From Proteromonas lacertae (taxonomy: Eukaryota), in NCBI GenBank assembly GCA_002245135.1, contig NGBS01000293.1:124001-188000 (forward strand): a stretch of 64,000 nucleotides of DNA. The letters run 5' to 3'. The position numbers and the translations under genes are program-made. Below, one piece after another: positions 1 through 13,966 of the stretch. The stretch's first letter is position 1, and each line of letters begins with the position of its first letter. The notes under the pieces were generated by a model, which was given only the letters and a program-made list of their open reading frames with translations, was not told the origin of the DNA and did not search any database.

Positions 1-18
1 TATTTATAATGTATATAG

Positions 19-460
19 ATGTATATTGAATGAAAATGTATCTGATTTAAATGTAAAGAAAGAAAAATTATCACAATCACAACAAGAATCACAATTAAAA
101 TTAACAGATGTTGAACTTACACCCAATAGTCAAGATGATAATGGATCAACCAATTATCATGAAAGAATAGCAATTGAAATATGTTGTACAATATTAGCAG
201 GACCAAATAAACAACAAATTAAAGATCTCTGTAAGTTACTGGTGTTATTAAATATTCATAAAGAACATAAAGTGATTGTAAATCAAATAAATATATTGTG
301 TAAGAAAATAAAAGAAGAATGTGGAAAAATTACTGGTGTATTGAAACTAATTAACCAAGTAGAAGATTCTATAAAAGATGTGGAAGAAATTGAGACTAAT
401 ACAGATAAATTTGATGAATATATTGATAAACAAAGACAAGTATTACTTAATACTGATTAA
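19..460 (+). CDS. Last exon of a gene entering from the left; possibly the condensin CAP-G (NCAPG) C-terminus
   Basis: An intron-like AT tract ends in TAG at 18 and the frame is open to TAA at 460. HERIAIEICCTILAGPNKQQIKDLCKLL resembles the NCAPG segment HDNLAMKICNEILTSP (recalled, not searched). Confidence 0.4.
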
Positions 461-567
461 ATAAACTCTCTATTATACTTTATTTTAATTTGTTAAAAAT
501 ATATTCGTTTTGTTTTTGGTTATTGAAAAATAATCGTTTTTGATTTTTTATAATTCTTTGATTTTGA

Positions 568-1833
568 ATGGAAGCTTCAAAAATACCCACTTTCATTACA
601 GGTGTTGATATGTATAGACAATGAAATATATTTTATTTAGAACTGAATATCATCCAGATGAACTAGGAGCAGATTTAGATGCCATCGTTGCAGGAGTTAC
701 AGAAGCATTTATTTTATCTTATAATATCTATTAGGCAACTCAAGCAACATTATTATTAAAGAAAAGGAAGGAAATGAGAGAAGTAACTGATGAACTCGAA
801 TTTATGAAAGAAGTATATGCTCAAAGAATGGAATCATGTAATGAAAGGTATAAAGAATATCAAAGAAAACTACACGACATGAATGAACAAGTTATGAAAT
901 TTGAACGTTTTGTGAATGAAAATGATTCAAAGAGACGTAAAGCTGAAGCTAAAATAAAAGTATATTTTTAAATACAGTATTCTATATTAATAATAGTCTG
1001 AGAAAAAATCAATAGATTTACTAGTTCAACAAATCCAACAAGAAACAGAAGCTTTAAAAGAAAAGAAACTAGAAAAAGAACAATTAGAAAATCAATTGAA
1101 TAGACTTCGAAAATATAGAGATTTCTTATCTCAAACAGTAGAACAATCTAAAGAAGATTTTGAAGAAATTAATGATATATTAAATAGACACAAAACATTG
1201 GTTGATGCTCATAAAGATTTAGAAATAGATTGTGAGATAATAAAAGAAAAAGTAGATAATTTAAGACAACAAATGACATTAAAACGTGAATCAGCTCAAA
1301 ATCAAATATTGACAAAAAATAATGATGTATATTTTATATTTAATATAATTTAGATTCATTTATTACAAAAGAATGTGGAAGATATTCGTGCATTTGAAAG
1401 TCAAATCGAATCTGAGATTGAGAACCGATTAACTCAGAATAAAGACACAACAATGATCTGTGGACAAGTTACTTTAGCAATTCGAAATTTATATACAAGA
1501 ATGTTTCAATCTTACCGATTCAAACACAAGCCAGTTGAAGATAATAAGAGTCGTTCTACAATTGATGTATTAACCGATTATTTAGAAGAATTAAAGATAA
1601 GAATAATGGATTTACAAGAATTAGATGAGAAATATCCTCTTGTGAGAGATTTACATTCTCCTTCGAGTGATTCTCCAAGAAAGACGAGAAGCGCATCTTC
1701 TAGATCACAAGGTTCAGCAATATTGAATAGTAAAGGTAATAAAGCTAATAGTGAGTTTAATTCTCAATCTCAAATGAGTCAGCCAGATATGTCTGAAGAG
1801 AAATCATTTTACAGTTCAATTTCAAACAGATAA
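568..1833 (+). CDS. CFAP73: CFAP73/CCDC42 (DUF4200) cilia/flagella-associated coiled-coil protein, 4 introns
   Basis: ATG at 568; introns 612-640, 705-734 (GC-AG) or 696-734, 960-996 and 1327-1353 join ORFs 774, 1096 and 1375. TLLLKKRKEMREV..LEFMKE..KFERFVNENDSKRRKA and EINDILNRHKTL match the family pattern. Confidence 0.75.
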
Positions 1834-2129
1834 AAGAAAGAAACCGTATTAATAGCTATAATAATTTTAATAAAATATTTATTTATTTCAGATGTGTATA
1901 TTTTGATTAGATTGAGAAAGATGTAATAAATGGGTAGAATAAGAAATTACATATATCAATAGCAGATAATGTAACTATTTCATCTTCATTGAGCATAATG
2001 AATGGATTTATATACCAATATAATCTTCAATATTGATATATAGAATGTTTTTCACACTTTAAGTTTTGGGTTATTCAAAATTTTGATAAAAATCGAATTT
2101 CGTTATTTTTGTTATATATTTACATAAAG

Positions 2130-4258
2130 ATGATAATAAAAGTGAATAAAGAACATAAGAGAAGAGGGGTATATTTTATATTTATTTTTATGATAGATTA
2201 TGTCGAAAATTGGTTGAAAGTGGTTTTGGTGATATAGAAGTGAAGATTGGAGATAATCGAATAATGTCAATCAAATCAATTTTAGTGAATGGAAATGAAA
2301 CTGTAAAGAAACTGTTGTTAGATCGTGAGTTTGTTGGAGTTTTAGAGTTATATGAAGAAATCGAAGAAATTGGCTATTATGAGATGGAGAAATACTACAG
2401 TGGTGGTGAACTGATAATCAGTAAAGAGAGTGTGTGTGAAGTGTTGATGTTTTGTTTATGTTATTGTGAAAAAGAGATAATAAATGATTGTTATGAATTT
2501 ATGAAGAATAATATAGATGATGAAGTATTAATGAAATTAATTCATATTTGTAATGTATTTGGTGGATGTTTGAGAGAGATAGAAGACTTGAAAAATATGG
2601 AAATAGAAAAGCGAGGATATAAATATTTATATAAGAATGAATATTTGTTGAGATTAGAAATGAATAATTTGATCGAGATATTAAATATGAAAGATGTGAT
2701 AATAGTGAATGAGTTATGGTTATTAAATCGGTTATTGGAATGGTATAAATTCCAAAAGAATAAGAAATATGATAATAAAGAGATTACAAGATGATTTTAA
2801 ACAATTGATAGAAGAAGATATCGATAGTGAAAAGATAAAAGAGAAAGAGATAGAAAAAGAGAATAAAGAAATGTTGAAAGAAATGAAAATAGAATTAAAG
2901 AAAAATGAATGTAAAAATCATATAGAATTATATTTAATAAAAGATGATAGAATTCAAAATGTAATAATCAACAATTACAATGAAGATAATAATGAAGAAG
3001 AAGACTTTAATGAAGAAGAAAGAAGAATATTGAATAAGATGAAAGAAGAAGAATTGAATGATGAAATAATGTGTATATTAGAAATGAATAATATAAAAAT
3101 GATGGAAATAGTATTGATGATAATGAAATATAAAAATATGAAAATGGAAAGTATAAATACTAAAAATATATATAAATAGAATATATCTCAAATATCGAAA
3201 AAAGAAATATATTGGATAGATTATGTATAGAATATAATGAGAATAAAAGAAATCGAACAATGAAATGTTTATGTTTGTTTGTTGATGATAAAAAGAGTGT
3301 TTCAATAATAGAAGAAGTATGTGGAAAAGAAATTCCTTTTAAAATGTTGAATGAAGATTATTATTTAAACTCCAAATCCAAAGAATTATTAATGGAATAT
3401 ATAAAAGAGAATAAACTGAGTTTAAAAGAAGAAGAAGAAATGATTGTAATAATGAAAGATAAAGAATTATTGAGTGAATTAAAAACAAAAGAAATCACAT
3501 CATTTTCATATCTTCATTCAGAATATTTCTTTATATTAGATGAAGAAATGTTAATAATTCCATCATTTGATGGAAATCGATGTGAATTTTCAATCAATCC
3601 TTCATTACCTGATGGTTTAATGATAGAAAAAGAGAGTGGAATAATTCATGGAAAAATGAATAAAGTAATCGAAAAGAGAGAATATGAAATAAGTTGTAAG
3701 AATATTGTAAATGAAAAGAAATTCAAAATATCATTAGAATTTCAGATTAAATTCACAGAATTAAACAAAAGTGATGAAATAGAAGTATCAAATAATGGAA
3801 AGTTAATAACAAATATAAATGAATATGGTTTTAATCATTGTTATTTAAATTTAAAAATGGAAAATGGAGTTTATCATATCAAATATAAATATTATCGAAA
3901 TGGAAGTTATTATGATGGTATAATGTTAGGATTATCAAATAATAATACATATTCTGGTGGTGATATTTATTATCAATCAACAACATGTAGTTATTTTGCA
4001 TGTAATGGTAAAAGTAGAGTTATTACTGAATATTGTCATATTGGAAGAATTGTTAATAAAAATCCAAATTTCAATAATTGTGGAGATGGTTCAATTTATG
4101 AAGTGATTATTGATATGAATAAAAGAGAATTTTGGATTAGTCATAATAATTCATCTCCTATTTTACTTGTTGAAGATTTACCTTCTCCATTATATTCATA
4201 TGCTGAATTAGCATGGGAAAACACATCAATAGAATTGTTATCAGTTTCTAATCAATAA
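2130..4258 (+). CDS. BTB/BACK-like + He_PIG Ig + SPRY/B30.2-like protein, copy 1 (2 introns; apparent +1 frameshifts near 2154 and 2784)
   Basis: ATG at 2130; introns 2169-2196 and 3151-3179. FGDIEVKIG..KYYSGGELII..LMF is BTB-like and NELWLLNRLLEW is BACK-like. FSINPSLPDGLMIEKESGIIHG is He_PIG-like. IMLGLS..IYEVIIDMNKREFWISHN..LPSPLYSYAEL is SPRY-like. Confidence 0.7.
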
Positions 4259-4759
4259 AGTTAGATAATATGAATTATTATAACATTTACATTCTCTATA
4301 ATGTATTGCTGTTTATATTTCCTCAAAAACATAGAAAATATAAAAATAGCTTAAATTATTCTACTCTATTTATAAAAATGTATTATTTTCTTTATAATTG
4401 TGTTAATTAGTAGTCACATGACCAAGTTATACCATTTGCTGATATTTTTTCAAAAATATTATAAATTGATCAACATTATTTTATTTTAATATACTTCAAA
4501 TATACTTCAACAACACACTAATAGTTTATTAGCATAATACTCACTTCACACTTTTCTTTACTATTTATTACAACTTGACATTATTTTAATATTAATAACT
4601 ACAAACACAGTATTATTATCACTTACTTCGAATAACTTCATGAGTAAATTTGAATTTGAGTTGAGCTTGAACAAAAGGAATTCGAGCCTACTTGTATAAT
4701 TAGTATTACAGTGTATTATTGTATTATCGTTTTTTTTCTGTTTTACTATTTTTATTAAT

Positions 4760-7700
4760 ATGGATTTATATACAGTAGATAGTGGAGGTATAACAAGAAA
4801 TATAGGAAGAGATACTGGAACTAAAACTCATACTGCAGTTCTAAAGGAAGCTCGAACTAAAAGAGATTGGGTTTGGTTCTGCAGTGCTCTATGGAGAAGA
4901 AAAGATGATTATGAATATCAATATGATGTATAGAATTTATTTGATTTATTTATAGAATGCTCTACCAATAAATTTAGTTGATACTGTACTTCTTGAAGGT
5001 GGCAAACCAACAACATGGTATTTTACTGGTGCAGATGGTACAATATCAAAAAAAATAGGAGCAAATGTCAACATGATAAAAGTATTAAAATCATTCACAA
5101 ACCAAGCTACAAGTTTTGGCAGTGAATTTGCTGCAGTGTTACGATACGACAATCATTTCGAAGTAATAGCAGTAGATCAATTAAGCCAATATAGAACAGG
5201 ATTTCCATATGGAGGTGTTTGTCTTCAAACATTCATTCCACCAAAAGGAACATCCATTCCTTTACCAAGTGATTATGAAGTAGAATATAAATTAGATGTA
5301 GATAATTCACAGTTATGTGTAGTGAGTAAATTAGGAAATGTAATTGGATTAATGGATACAAAGAATGCTCAAGTAAAGAGAGAGAAAATTCGATGTTGTG
5401 AAGGTGATACAATTAAAACATTAGAAGAAAACACAAAAGATATTATAATGACAGTTGAAAAATCAAAAAATGTGAAAATTATCTCTTGCACTTTACAATT
5501 CGTTATTTCTGATGATAGAACAGCTTGGCTTGTAACTGCTGAAAATATAATAACAACTAGAACAAGACCAGGTGTATCTACAACAGCTAATTCAAATTCA
5601 TCAAAATCAAAAACAAAAGATACAAGAACAAAGTTAGATAAAGTAAGAGATGAACAATATTCTTCCACATTACTTCCAGAGCAACCTGATTTATTACTAT
5701 TAAACTCACGAGGTAAAGCGAAATTAAGAGAATTAGATGGATATCATGGACCTACACATATGTCTAATAGATTTGGTAAAGAAAAAGGAAGAAATTTTAG
5801 AGAAAGAACAATGTATTTGTCACCTTCTAATACTACTGCCAATAATAATATATATAGTGGTAGAAAGAGTAATACAAGTGGTGGAGGTTTATATAATGAA
5901 AGAATGACAAGGTCAATGACAACATTACCGTCAATTCGTCCAAATACATCAGATAGTGTAAATTTTGACACATCTCCTATTGAAACTAGCAGTAGTAAAA
6001 AGAATAGAAGAAGAGATCATCCTGAGCGTGCAATGACAGCTGCAGCAATAGGATCCAGTCAATTGAATGGTTGTAATGGAGATTTCTGCGAGATACCTAT
6101 TGAAAGTTATACAAAGCATGAAAGTGGCATTTTGGGCGAATTAAGTAGTGAATACAATCGAGATAATAATGGAAATAATATGTATAAGATTAATTATAAA
6201 TGGATTATTCAAGCAAGAGAAGAAAAAGAATTAATAAAGAATATGATTCATCGTTTAGAGAATAATGAAGATGGTGATTATTGTAGTTATGATATATTTG
6301 GTAAGAGCAATTTAGATTTAGATAGAGTATATCCAGCTCAATATTACAAAGATGTTGAAGTATGCGAAAATTGTTATAAATTGTACTCTAAAATACAAGA
6401 AGAACGTGATAAATGTATTGAGAAATATCAAAAGATAACTCCAGAAGAGAAGAGAGAATTACAATTAGCCGAATCTTATAAAGAGTTACAAACTGCTAAA
6501 TTAGACTTGACAAAGAATGATATATTTGAATTTAGAAGGTTTACTCATCCACCTCAAGCTGTAAGTATGACATCCACTGCTTTATTGATATTATTAACTG
6601 GTAATACATATAATTGGAATGAAATTAGGAAATTAATTTCTAATAGTGATAGATTATTATCTATTATATTACTATTTGATCCTGATACAGTTGAAGCTAA
6701 AAGAATGTATGATTTAAAACCATATTTATTAAATCCATTATTCAGTATATAATATATTATTTAATTGAATAGAACCTGAAATAGTCCAATCAGCTGCAAG
6801 AAGTGCTGGTAAATTCTGTAAATTTGTAATTGATAATTCACGTTATATATCAATGAGATTAGGTATTTACCATGAAGTATTTCCACCAGAAAGTAATGAA
6901 GAAAATGATGAATTTGGTAATAATAATAATTATAATAATAATACAAGGGGAAATACAACTACATTATCATCACCAGGTTATACTGAATTACCACCCATTG
7001 ATACTTGTAATGATTCATACAGAAACACAAACAATATGTCATTTGCTGACAAAGTAAAAATGAAGAGAAAAGAGAATCCTGTTATTCCACCACCAGCTGA
7101 TCCAGAAGTTGTGAAAAGTATATTTTATTATTTATTATTCATTATTATTATTATTATTAATAGAAGCAAGACAAAGAGAATTATCTCCAAAAGGTATTGC
7201 ATTTGGTACAACAACTGACTTACTTCCTGAAGATCAAGAGAAGTTTGTTTCACCAGTTGATACTCCTTCTTTGCCTAAACGTAGAACATCCTCAATGGCT
7301 GAATATAAACACTCACAAATGTTAAAATCAGAAGGATCTAGAAGAACAAGTAATTCACCAATACCCAAAACAAAGAAACCTCAACAGAAAGGTGAATCAA
7401 AGAAAGATCGATTAGCAAGATTAGCTAATCCACCTGGTACTTCTTATATCAATAAAGATGGTGTAAAAACAACAAAAATTACAGAAGAAACTAGTAAATT
7501 TATATGTGAAGATGGTATTACTACAATTCCTTATCAAGTAATTGGTGAAGCTGATGAAAATCTTTCTGTTCCTAGTTTAATAGTTATAAATGACTTTTTT
7601 GATACATTTGAAAGAAATCAAATTATATTGAGTCAATTAACACAACTATTTTATGGATGTCAAATATTGTTATTTAATTATCCAGGTCAAGCTGAAACTC

Positions 7701-10700
7701 GAATTGCTCCTGTAAATAATAATAATAATAATAACCAATCATCTTCATCCTCTTCTACTTCATCACAATTACCAAAGATCAATAATAAATTCGTGTCAAA
7801 CATCTTAAATCAATTATTACATTATTTAAATCAAACTTGTGAGTTTATAACTGATCGTAGACCATTTATGGTTTGTGGAGTTGGAAATGGTGCAAATATT
7901 GGATCATTATTCATTTCCACTTACTGTGAAGAAGATGATAGTTATAAAGATACACTTCGATCATTTATTATAATCAATGGATTTAGTTATTTAGACCCAC
8001 AGTTAACAGCCATTTTACATTCTTCTATCAATGTATTCTCATGTTTCCCTGCTAATCGTCATGATTTGCCTATTAGTTACTTTAGTAGATTTATATTCTC
8101 TGAAGACTATTTAAAAAGAGTGAATGCTTCATTAGCTTTACAACTTTACACTGCAGTTACTAATCCAATTACAAATAATGGTAGAGTTCAGATATGTGAT
8201 GGAACTTTAAATCATATTGATTTAAGACCATTATTACCATCTATACAATGTCCAATTATTGTAATACAATCTACAGATGATGCATTGATTAATCCAAGTC
8301 ATGTTGATAATTTCATAGAAGGAAGATCAGTTCATCATGTTTGGTCACATGAAGCAACAGATAAAAACGTTATTAATCCTTCCAATCATCGTAAATTGAC
8401 TGTTTATCAACACACTCCTAATACAGCTTATGTAGTATGGTTAAAAGCTGGTCATGAAGTAATGCAAGAATGTAAAGATCAAGTATTACAAGTATTTGAA
8501 CATTTATATGATGAAGCTGAAGATGCTGTAGATGAAGATGAATTACCTCCAGTTACTGAAGAAGGAGATGAGAAATTCAATGATACAATGGAAGAACAAA
8601 AAGAAAAGAATAATGAAGAAGCTCAAAGAATAAAGGATGAAATTAGAAGAGAAAATCCACCATTAACATCTGATGATGTATTTCAAATGAGTCAAAGAAA
8701 TAAGAAAACTAAAGAATTGAGAGAATTAGATGAACATTTGAGGAAAATACAAGAAACTCAAGCTCAAAGAAGAAAGAAATGGGAAAAAGAAGATAAGAAA
8801 GTATTAGAAGATTTAAATAAACAATTAAAAATTGCTAAAAACAATGTAGAAAATGAGATAGAAGTAGAAGAGAATAAGTTAAGAATATTACAATTAGAAG
8901 CAAGAATAGCTGAAGAAAGATCCAAGAAAGCTCAACGTGAAAGTGAAGCAGCAAGAGATAGTGCTGAATTAGCAGTTTCAGCATTAAGAGCGATATTGAA
9001 TAACTCTAAGATGGAAGAAGTTCAACCTTTAGCTGATGCTCAAAAATTTGAAGCTCAACATAAAGAACAAATCCCATCCTCTGCATTACCAACAGCTTAT
9101 TTAGCTAATGCAGAACAGAAATTAGAAAATGATCGAATTCCTTCAATAACTCAAGAACATTATGACAATGTAGTAAACAATTTAGAAAATGATGAACAAA
9201 AGAAGAATTATATAGATAGAAAGACTCGAAATGCGATAACATTACAGAGATGGGCGAGAGGTTGTTTATGTCGAAAACGAATTAATCGAAATAAACGAAA
9301 TGAAGAATTATTAAAGAAACAAAATGAATCAATAATAAAGATTCAAGCAATGAGTCGAGGTTATTTAGCTCGTAATAGAACAAAGATATTAGCAAAGAAT
9401 GAAGAATATGAAAGAGTAAAGAATGAAGCCGTTTTAATAATAGAAAGAGTGATTCGTGGATTCTTAGGTCGAAGAAGAGCGAAGAAATATAAACAAGCTA
9501 AAGCAGCTCTTTTAATCGAAAGATTCTATAGAGGTCATTTAGGTCGATTGAGAGTAAAAGAAATCCGTAGAAAGAAAGCCATGTTAGAAAATGAGAATTA
9601 TTGTGCAACTAAAATCCAAACACAATTCCGAACTTATTCTGCTGAAAAGAACTATCGTGAGATGAAAACATTAAAAGTAGCTGCAATAACAATCGAAAGA
9701 GTATATCGAGGTCATCGTGGTAGATTACGAGCAACTCGAATAAGAAAATGGCAATCAGCTGCTCCTGGACCTGAAAGATTAAAATTAGGATTACAAATGA
9801 TTGAAGAAACGAAAGAAGCTTTTGAAAGACAACGACAAGAGATAGATGCATTACATCGAGCTCAAGAAAAAGCTGAATTAAAAGTGAGTGAAATTCATTC
9901 AAATTTGAAAGAAAGTGAAGCTGAATTAGTTGAATTAGAAAGTGAATTAAAAGATATAGATAAATTAGAAAATGAAGTTGAAGAAATCAGTCATGAACAA
10001 GTATTATTAAAGAAGAAAGTTCAACAAAGTGGAGGAACAGTAAAAAGTGGTAAAAACAAATTATCTCCTGAAGATCAAGCCAAAGAACATGATTTAGCTG
10101 TTGCTTTAGATTTCAAGAAAGCAGAAAGAGATCGAAAGAAGAAAGCATTAGAAGCAGAATTTGCTGGAATATTCTCTGAGATTGGTAAAAAGAAAGAATA
10201 TTTAGAGACATTTGAAGCAAAGATAGCTGATATGGAATCTAATCGTCAAAGAAAAGAAAGAGAATTTAAGAGATTACAACGAAATCTAATGGAATTATTA
10301 GCTGAACAGAAACGAGAATTAGATAATATTCGTGAGAAAGGAATAGAATTAGAAGTAGCTACAGCTCAATCTGCAGCTGCAGCTTCTGCAACAGCAACTA
10401 AAGCCAAAGAACATGAAAAGAAGACAGAAGCAATATTTAATAATACTGAAGAATTAATGAAATTCCAATTTATGTCAATGGGTTTAACCTATTTCAGTGC
10501 GATGAATATGTTACAAGGATTGAGAGATATAAACTCTGATACAACTTCCAGTGCAATATCAGCAAGTGCCGAAACAGCCGTAGCTGCTGCTGCCGCTGCT
10601 GCAGCAGCTAATATTCCAACCATGAAGAAATTAGATTTAGGAGCTGATGAATTATTAAGTGCTGTAGAAGAAAAAGAGAAATTGAAAGCGATGGAAAGAA

Positions 10701-11653
10701 AGAAACAATTAGAAGAAGAAAAGAATCATCAAGAGGAACCATTCCCAGTTGATATAAATGTTTGGACAGTTGATGATGTATCTCGATGGTTAAAAACATT
10801 GAGTTTAGGTCAATATATAAAAGCATTCCGAGAAGCTTGTGTAGATGGTGAATTTTTAATGGAACTAACTCCTGATGATTTGAAAGATGTATTAGGTGTA
10901 GAACATGCATTACATATAAAGAAGATCTTATTTGCTAGAGAAAAACTTCGAAATTTAGTAGTATCCGATCGTCGATTAGATTCAATGAAATCTTCAATTA
11001 CTGGTCATCTTTCAATGTTAAATGATACTTATCAAGCAAACAGTCAACATTCAAGTCGAAATATCTCTTCAAATCCTTCATTCCGTCAAACTTCTACTGA
11101 TAATAATAATAGTCGACCAATGAATCCTACTCCTCCTGTTTCTGGTGTTGATAATGAAGAAGATTTAAATGAAGAAAATGTGAATGAAAATACTCATTTA
11201 TTAGATTCAAATGTGATAGGTGAGAATAGTAATTTAATTGATACACATGATATAGGCAATAATAATAATGAAATAGATTCAAATGAATTGAATGAAGAAG
11301 ATAAAGAATCATATGATCGAGATCAAGTATTTAATTTCTGTATTCATGGAAGAGTAAAGAAAGTAGAAGAAGCATTAGATTATGGATTTGATATAAACAC
11401 AGTTGATGTAAATGGAAATACGTTATTAATAATCGCTTGTCAAGAAGTATTAAAACCAATGGTAGTATTTTTATTAAATCGAAAATGTGACATAGATTTT
11501 AAAAATCGTCAAGGTAATACTGCTCTTCATTTTGCGATGAGAAATGATCCAACAGGAACATTAGGTGAAATGTTAATGAATGCAGGTGCAAGTGATATGA
11601 TTGAGAATAATTATGGTTTAACTCCTTATGATGGAATAGAACCTGAGAAATAA
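4760..11653 (+). CDS. ~2260-aa multidomain protein: dynein stalk/MTBD-like segment, alpha/beta-hydrolase fold, IQ motifs, coiled coil, SAM, ankyrin repeats
   Basis: ATG at 4760; introns 4928-4955, 6745-6772 and 7118-7163 give a 6792-nt spliced frame joining ORFs 5073, 6853 and 7271. Motifs: HPPQAV..WNEIRK..AGKFCKFV; FNYPGQAET, GVGNG, AGHE; LQRWARG, IQAMSRG, IERFYRG; WTVDDVSRWL..LGQY; GNTALHFA. Confidence 0.8.
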
Positions 11654-11860
11654 ATAAATAAATAATAATAATAGAAATGTTAATTTTATTTATGTGAATA
11701 TATTAATATATAAATTGTTGTTGTTTAGATTTTAAAGTGAGAATCAAGCCTAGAATATAATATTTCACGCTATTTTTGAATTTTCTTTGTTTTTGAGTAA
11801 ATATAAACATAAATATATTATAGAGAATGTAAATGTTATAATAATTCATATTATCTAACT

Positions 11861-13966
11861 TTATTGATTAGAAACTGACAATAATTCTATTGAGGTGTTT
11901 TCCCATACTAATTCAGCATATGAATATAATGGAGAAGGTAAATCTTTAACAAGTAAAATAGGAGATGAATTATTATGACTAATCCAAAATTTTCTTTTAT
12001 TCATATCAATAATCACTTCATAAATTGAACCATTTCCATGATTGTTGAAATTTGGATTTGAATTAACAACTCTTCCAATATGACAATATTCAGTAATATC
12101 TATACTTTCACCACCATAAGCACGATAATTACATGTTGTTGATTGATAATAAATATCATAACCAGAATATGTATTATTAGTTGATAATCCTAACATCATT
12201 TCATCATAATAACTTCCATTTTGATGAAATTTATATTTGATATGATAAATTCCATTTTCCATTTTCAAATTTAAATAACAATGATTAAAACCATATTCAT
12301 TTATATTTGTTATTAATTTTCCATTATCTGATACTTCTATTCCATCACTTTTGTTTAATTCTGTGAATTTTACATCAATAAATTCTAATGATATTTTGAA
12401 TTTCTTTTCATTTACAATATTCTTACATATTATTTCATATTCTCTCTTTTCGATTACTCTATTCATTTTTCCATGAATTATTCCACTCTCTTTATCTATC
12501 ATTAAACCATCAGGTAATGAAGGATTGATTGAAAATTCACATCGATTTCCATCAAATAAAGGAATTATTGACATTTCTTCATCTAATATAAATGAATATT
12601 CTGATTGAGAATATGAAAATGATGTGATTTCTTTTGTTTTTAATTCACTCAATAATTCTTTATCTTTCATTATTTCTATCATTTCTTCTTCTTCTTCGAA
12701 ACTCAGTTTATTCTCTTTTATATATTCTATTAATATTTCTTTAGATTTGGAGTTTAGATAATTATCTTCATTCAATATTCTAAAAAGAATCTCTTTTCCA
12801 CATACTTCTTCTATTATTGAAATATTCTTTTTATCATCAACGAATAAACATAAACATTTCATTGTTCGATTTCTTTTATTCTCATTATATTCTATACATA
12901 ATCTATCAACATAGTTCTCTTTTCGATATTTGAGATATATTCTATTTATATATATTTTTAGTATTTATACTTTCCATTTTCATATTTTTATATTTCATTA
13001 TCATCAATACTATTTCCATCATTTTTATATTATTCATTTCTAATATACATCAGTATTTCATCATTCAATTCTTCTTCTTTCATCTTATCCAATATTCCTC
13101 TTTCTTCTTCATTAAATACTTCTTCTTCATTATTATCTTCATTGTAATTGTTCATTATTACATTTTGAATTCTATCATCTTTTATTAAATATAATTCTAT
13201 ATGATTTTTACATTCATTTTTCTTTAATTCTATTTTCATTTCTTTCAACATTTCTTTATTCTTCTTTTATTTTCCTCATTTTCTATCAATTGTTTAAAAT
13301 CATCTTGTATTTCTTTATTATCATATTTCTTATTCTTTTGGAATTTATACCATTCTAATAACCGATTTAATAACCATAACTCATTCACTATTATCACATC
13401 TCTCATATTTAATATCTCGATCAAATTATTCATTTCTAATCTCAACAAATATTCATTCTTATATAAATATTTATATCCTCGCTTTTCTATTTCCATATTT
13501 TTCAAGTCTTCTATCTCTCTCAAACATCCACCAAATACATTACAGATATGAATTAATTTCATTAATACTTCATCATCTATATTATTCTTCACAAATTCAT
13601 AACAATCATTTATTATCTCTTTTTCACAATAACATAAACAAAACATCAACACTTCACACACACTCTCTTTACACATTATCAGTTCACCACCACTGTAGTA
13701 TTTCTCCATCTCATAATAGCCAATTTCTTCGATTTCTTCATATAACTCCAAAACTCCTAACAAACTCACGATCTAACAACAGTTTCTTTACTGAATTTCA
13801 TTTCCATTCACTAAAATTGATTTGATTGACATTATTCGATTATCTCCAATCTTCACTTCTATATCACCAAAACCACTTTCGAACCAATTTTCGACATAAT
13901 CTATCATAAAAATAAATACAAAATATACCCCTCTTCTCTTATTTCTTTATTCACTTTTATTATCAT
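11861..13966 (-). CDS. BTB-Ig-SPRY-like protein, copy 2 (several small insertions; pseudogene or poorly polished sequence)
   Basis: Close paralog of copy 1 in inverted orientation, starting MIIKVNKEIREEG|LCRKLV with the same two introns. Indels near 13881, 13793, 13759, 13260 and 13050. Confidence 0.65.

Noticed and set aside
3177..3179. TAG conserved in all three BTB copies, suggesting readthrough or a variant genetic code
   Set aside because: It is the acceptor of a 29-nt GT-AG intron (3151-3179); splicing restores the frame.
2052..4360. BTB family unit as an autonomous transposon
   Set aside because: No transposase or RT, terminal repeats, target-site duplications or poly(A) are visible, and the copy boundaries differ.
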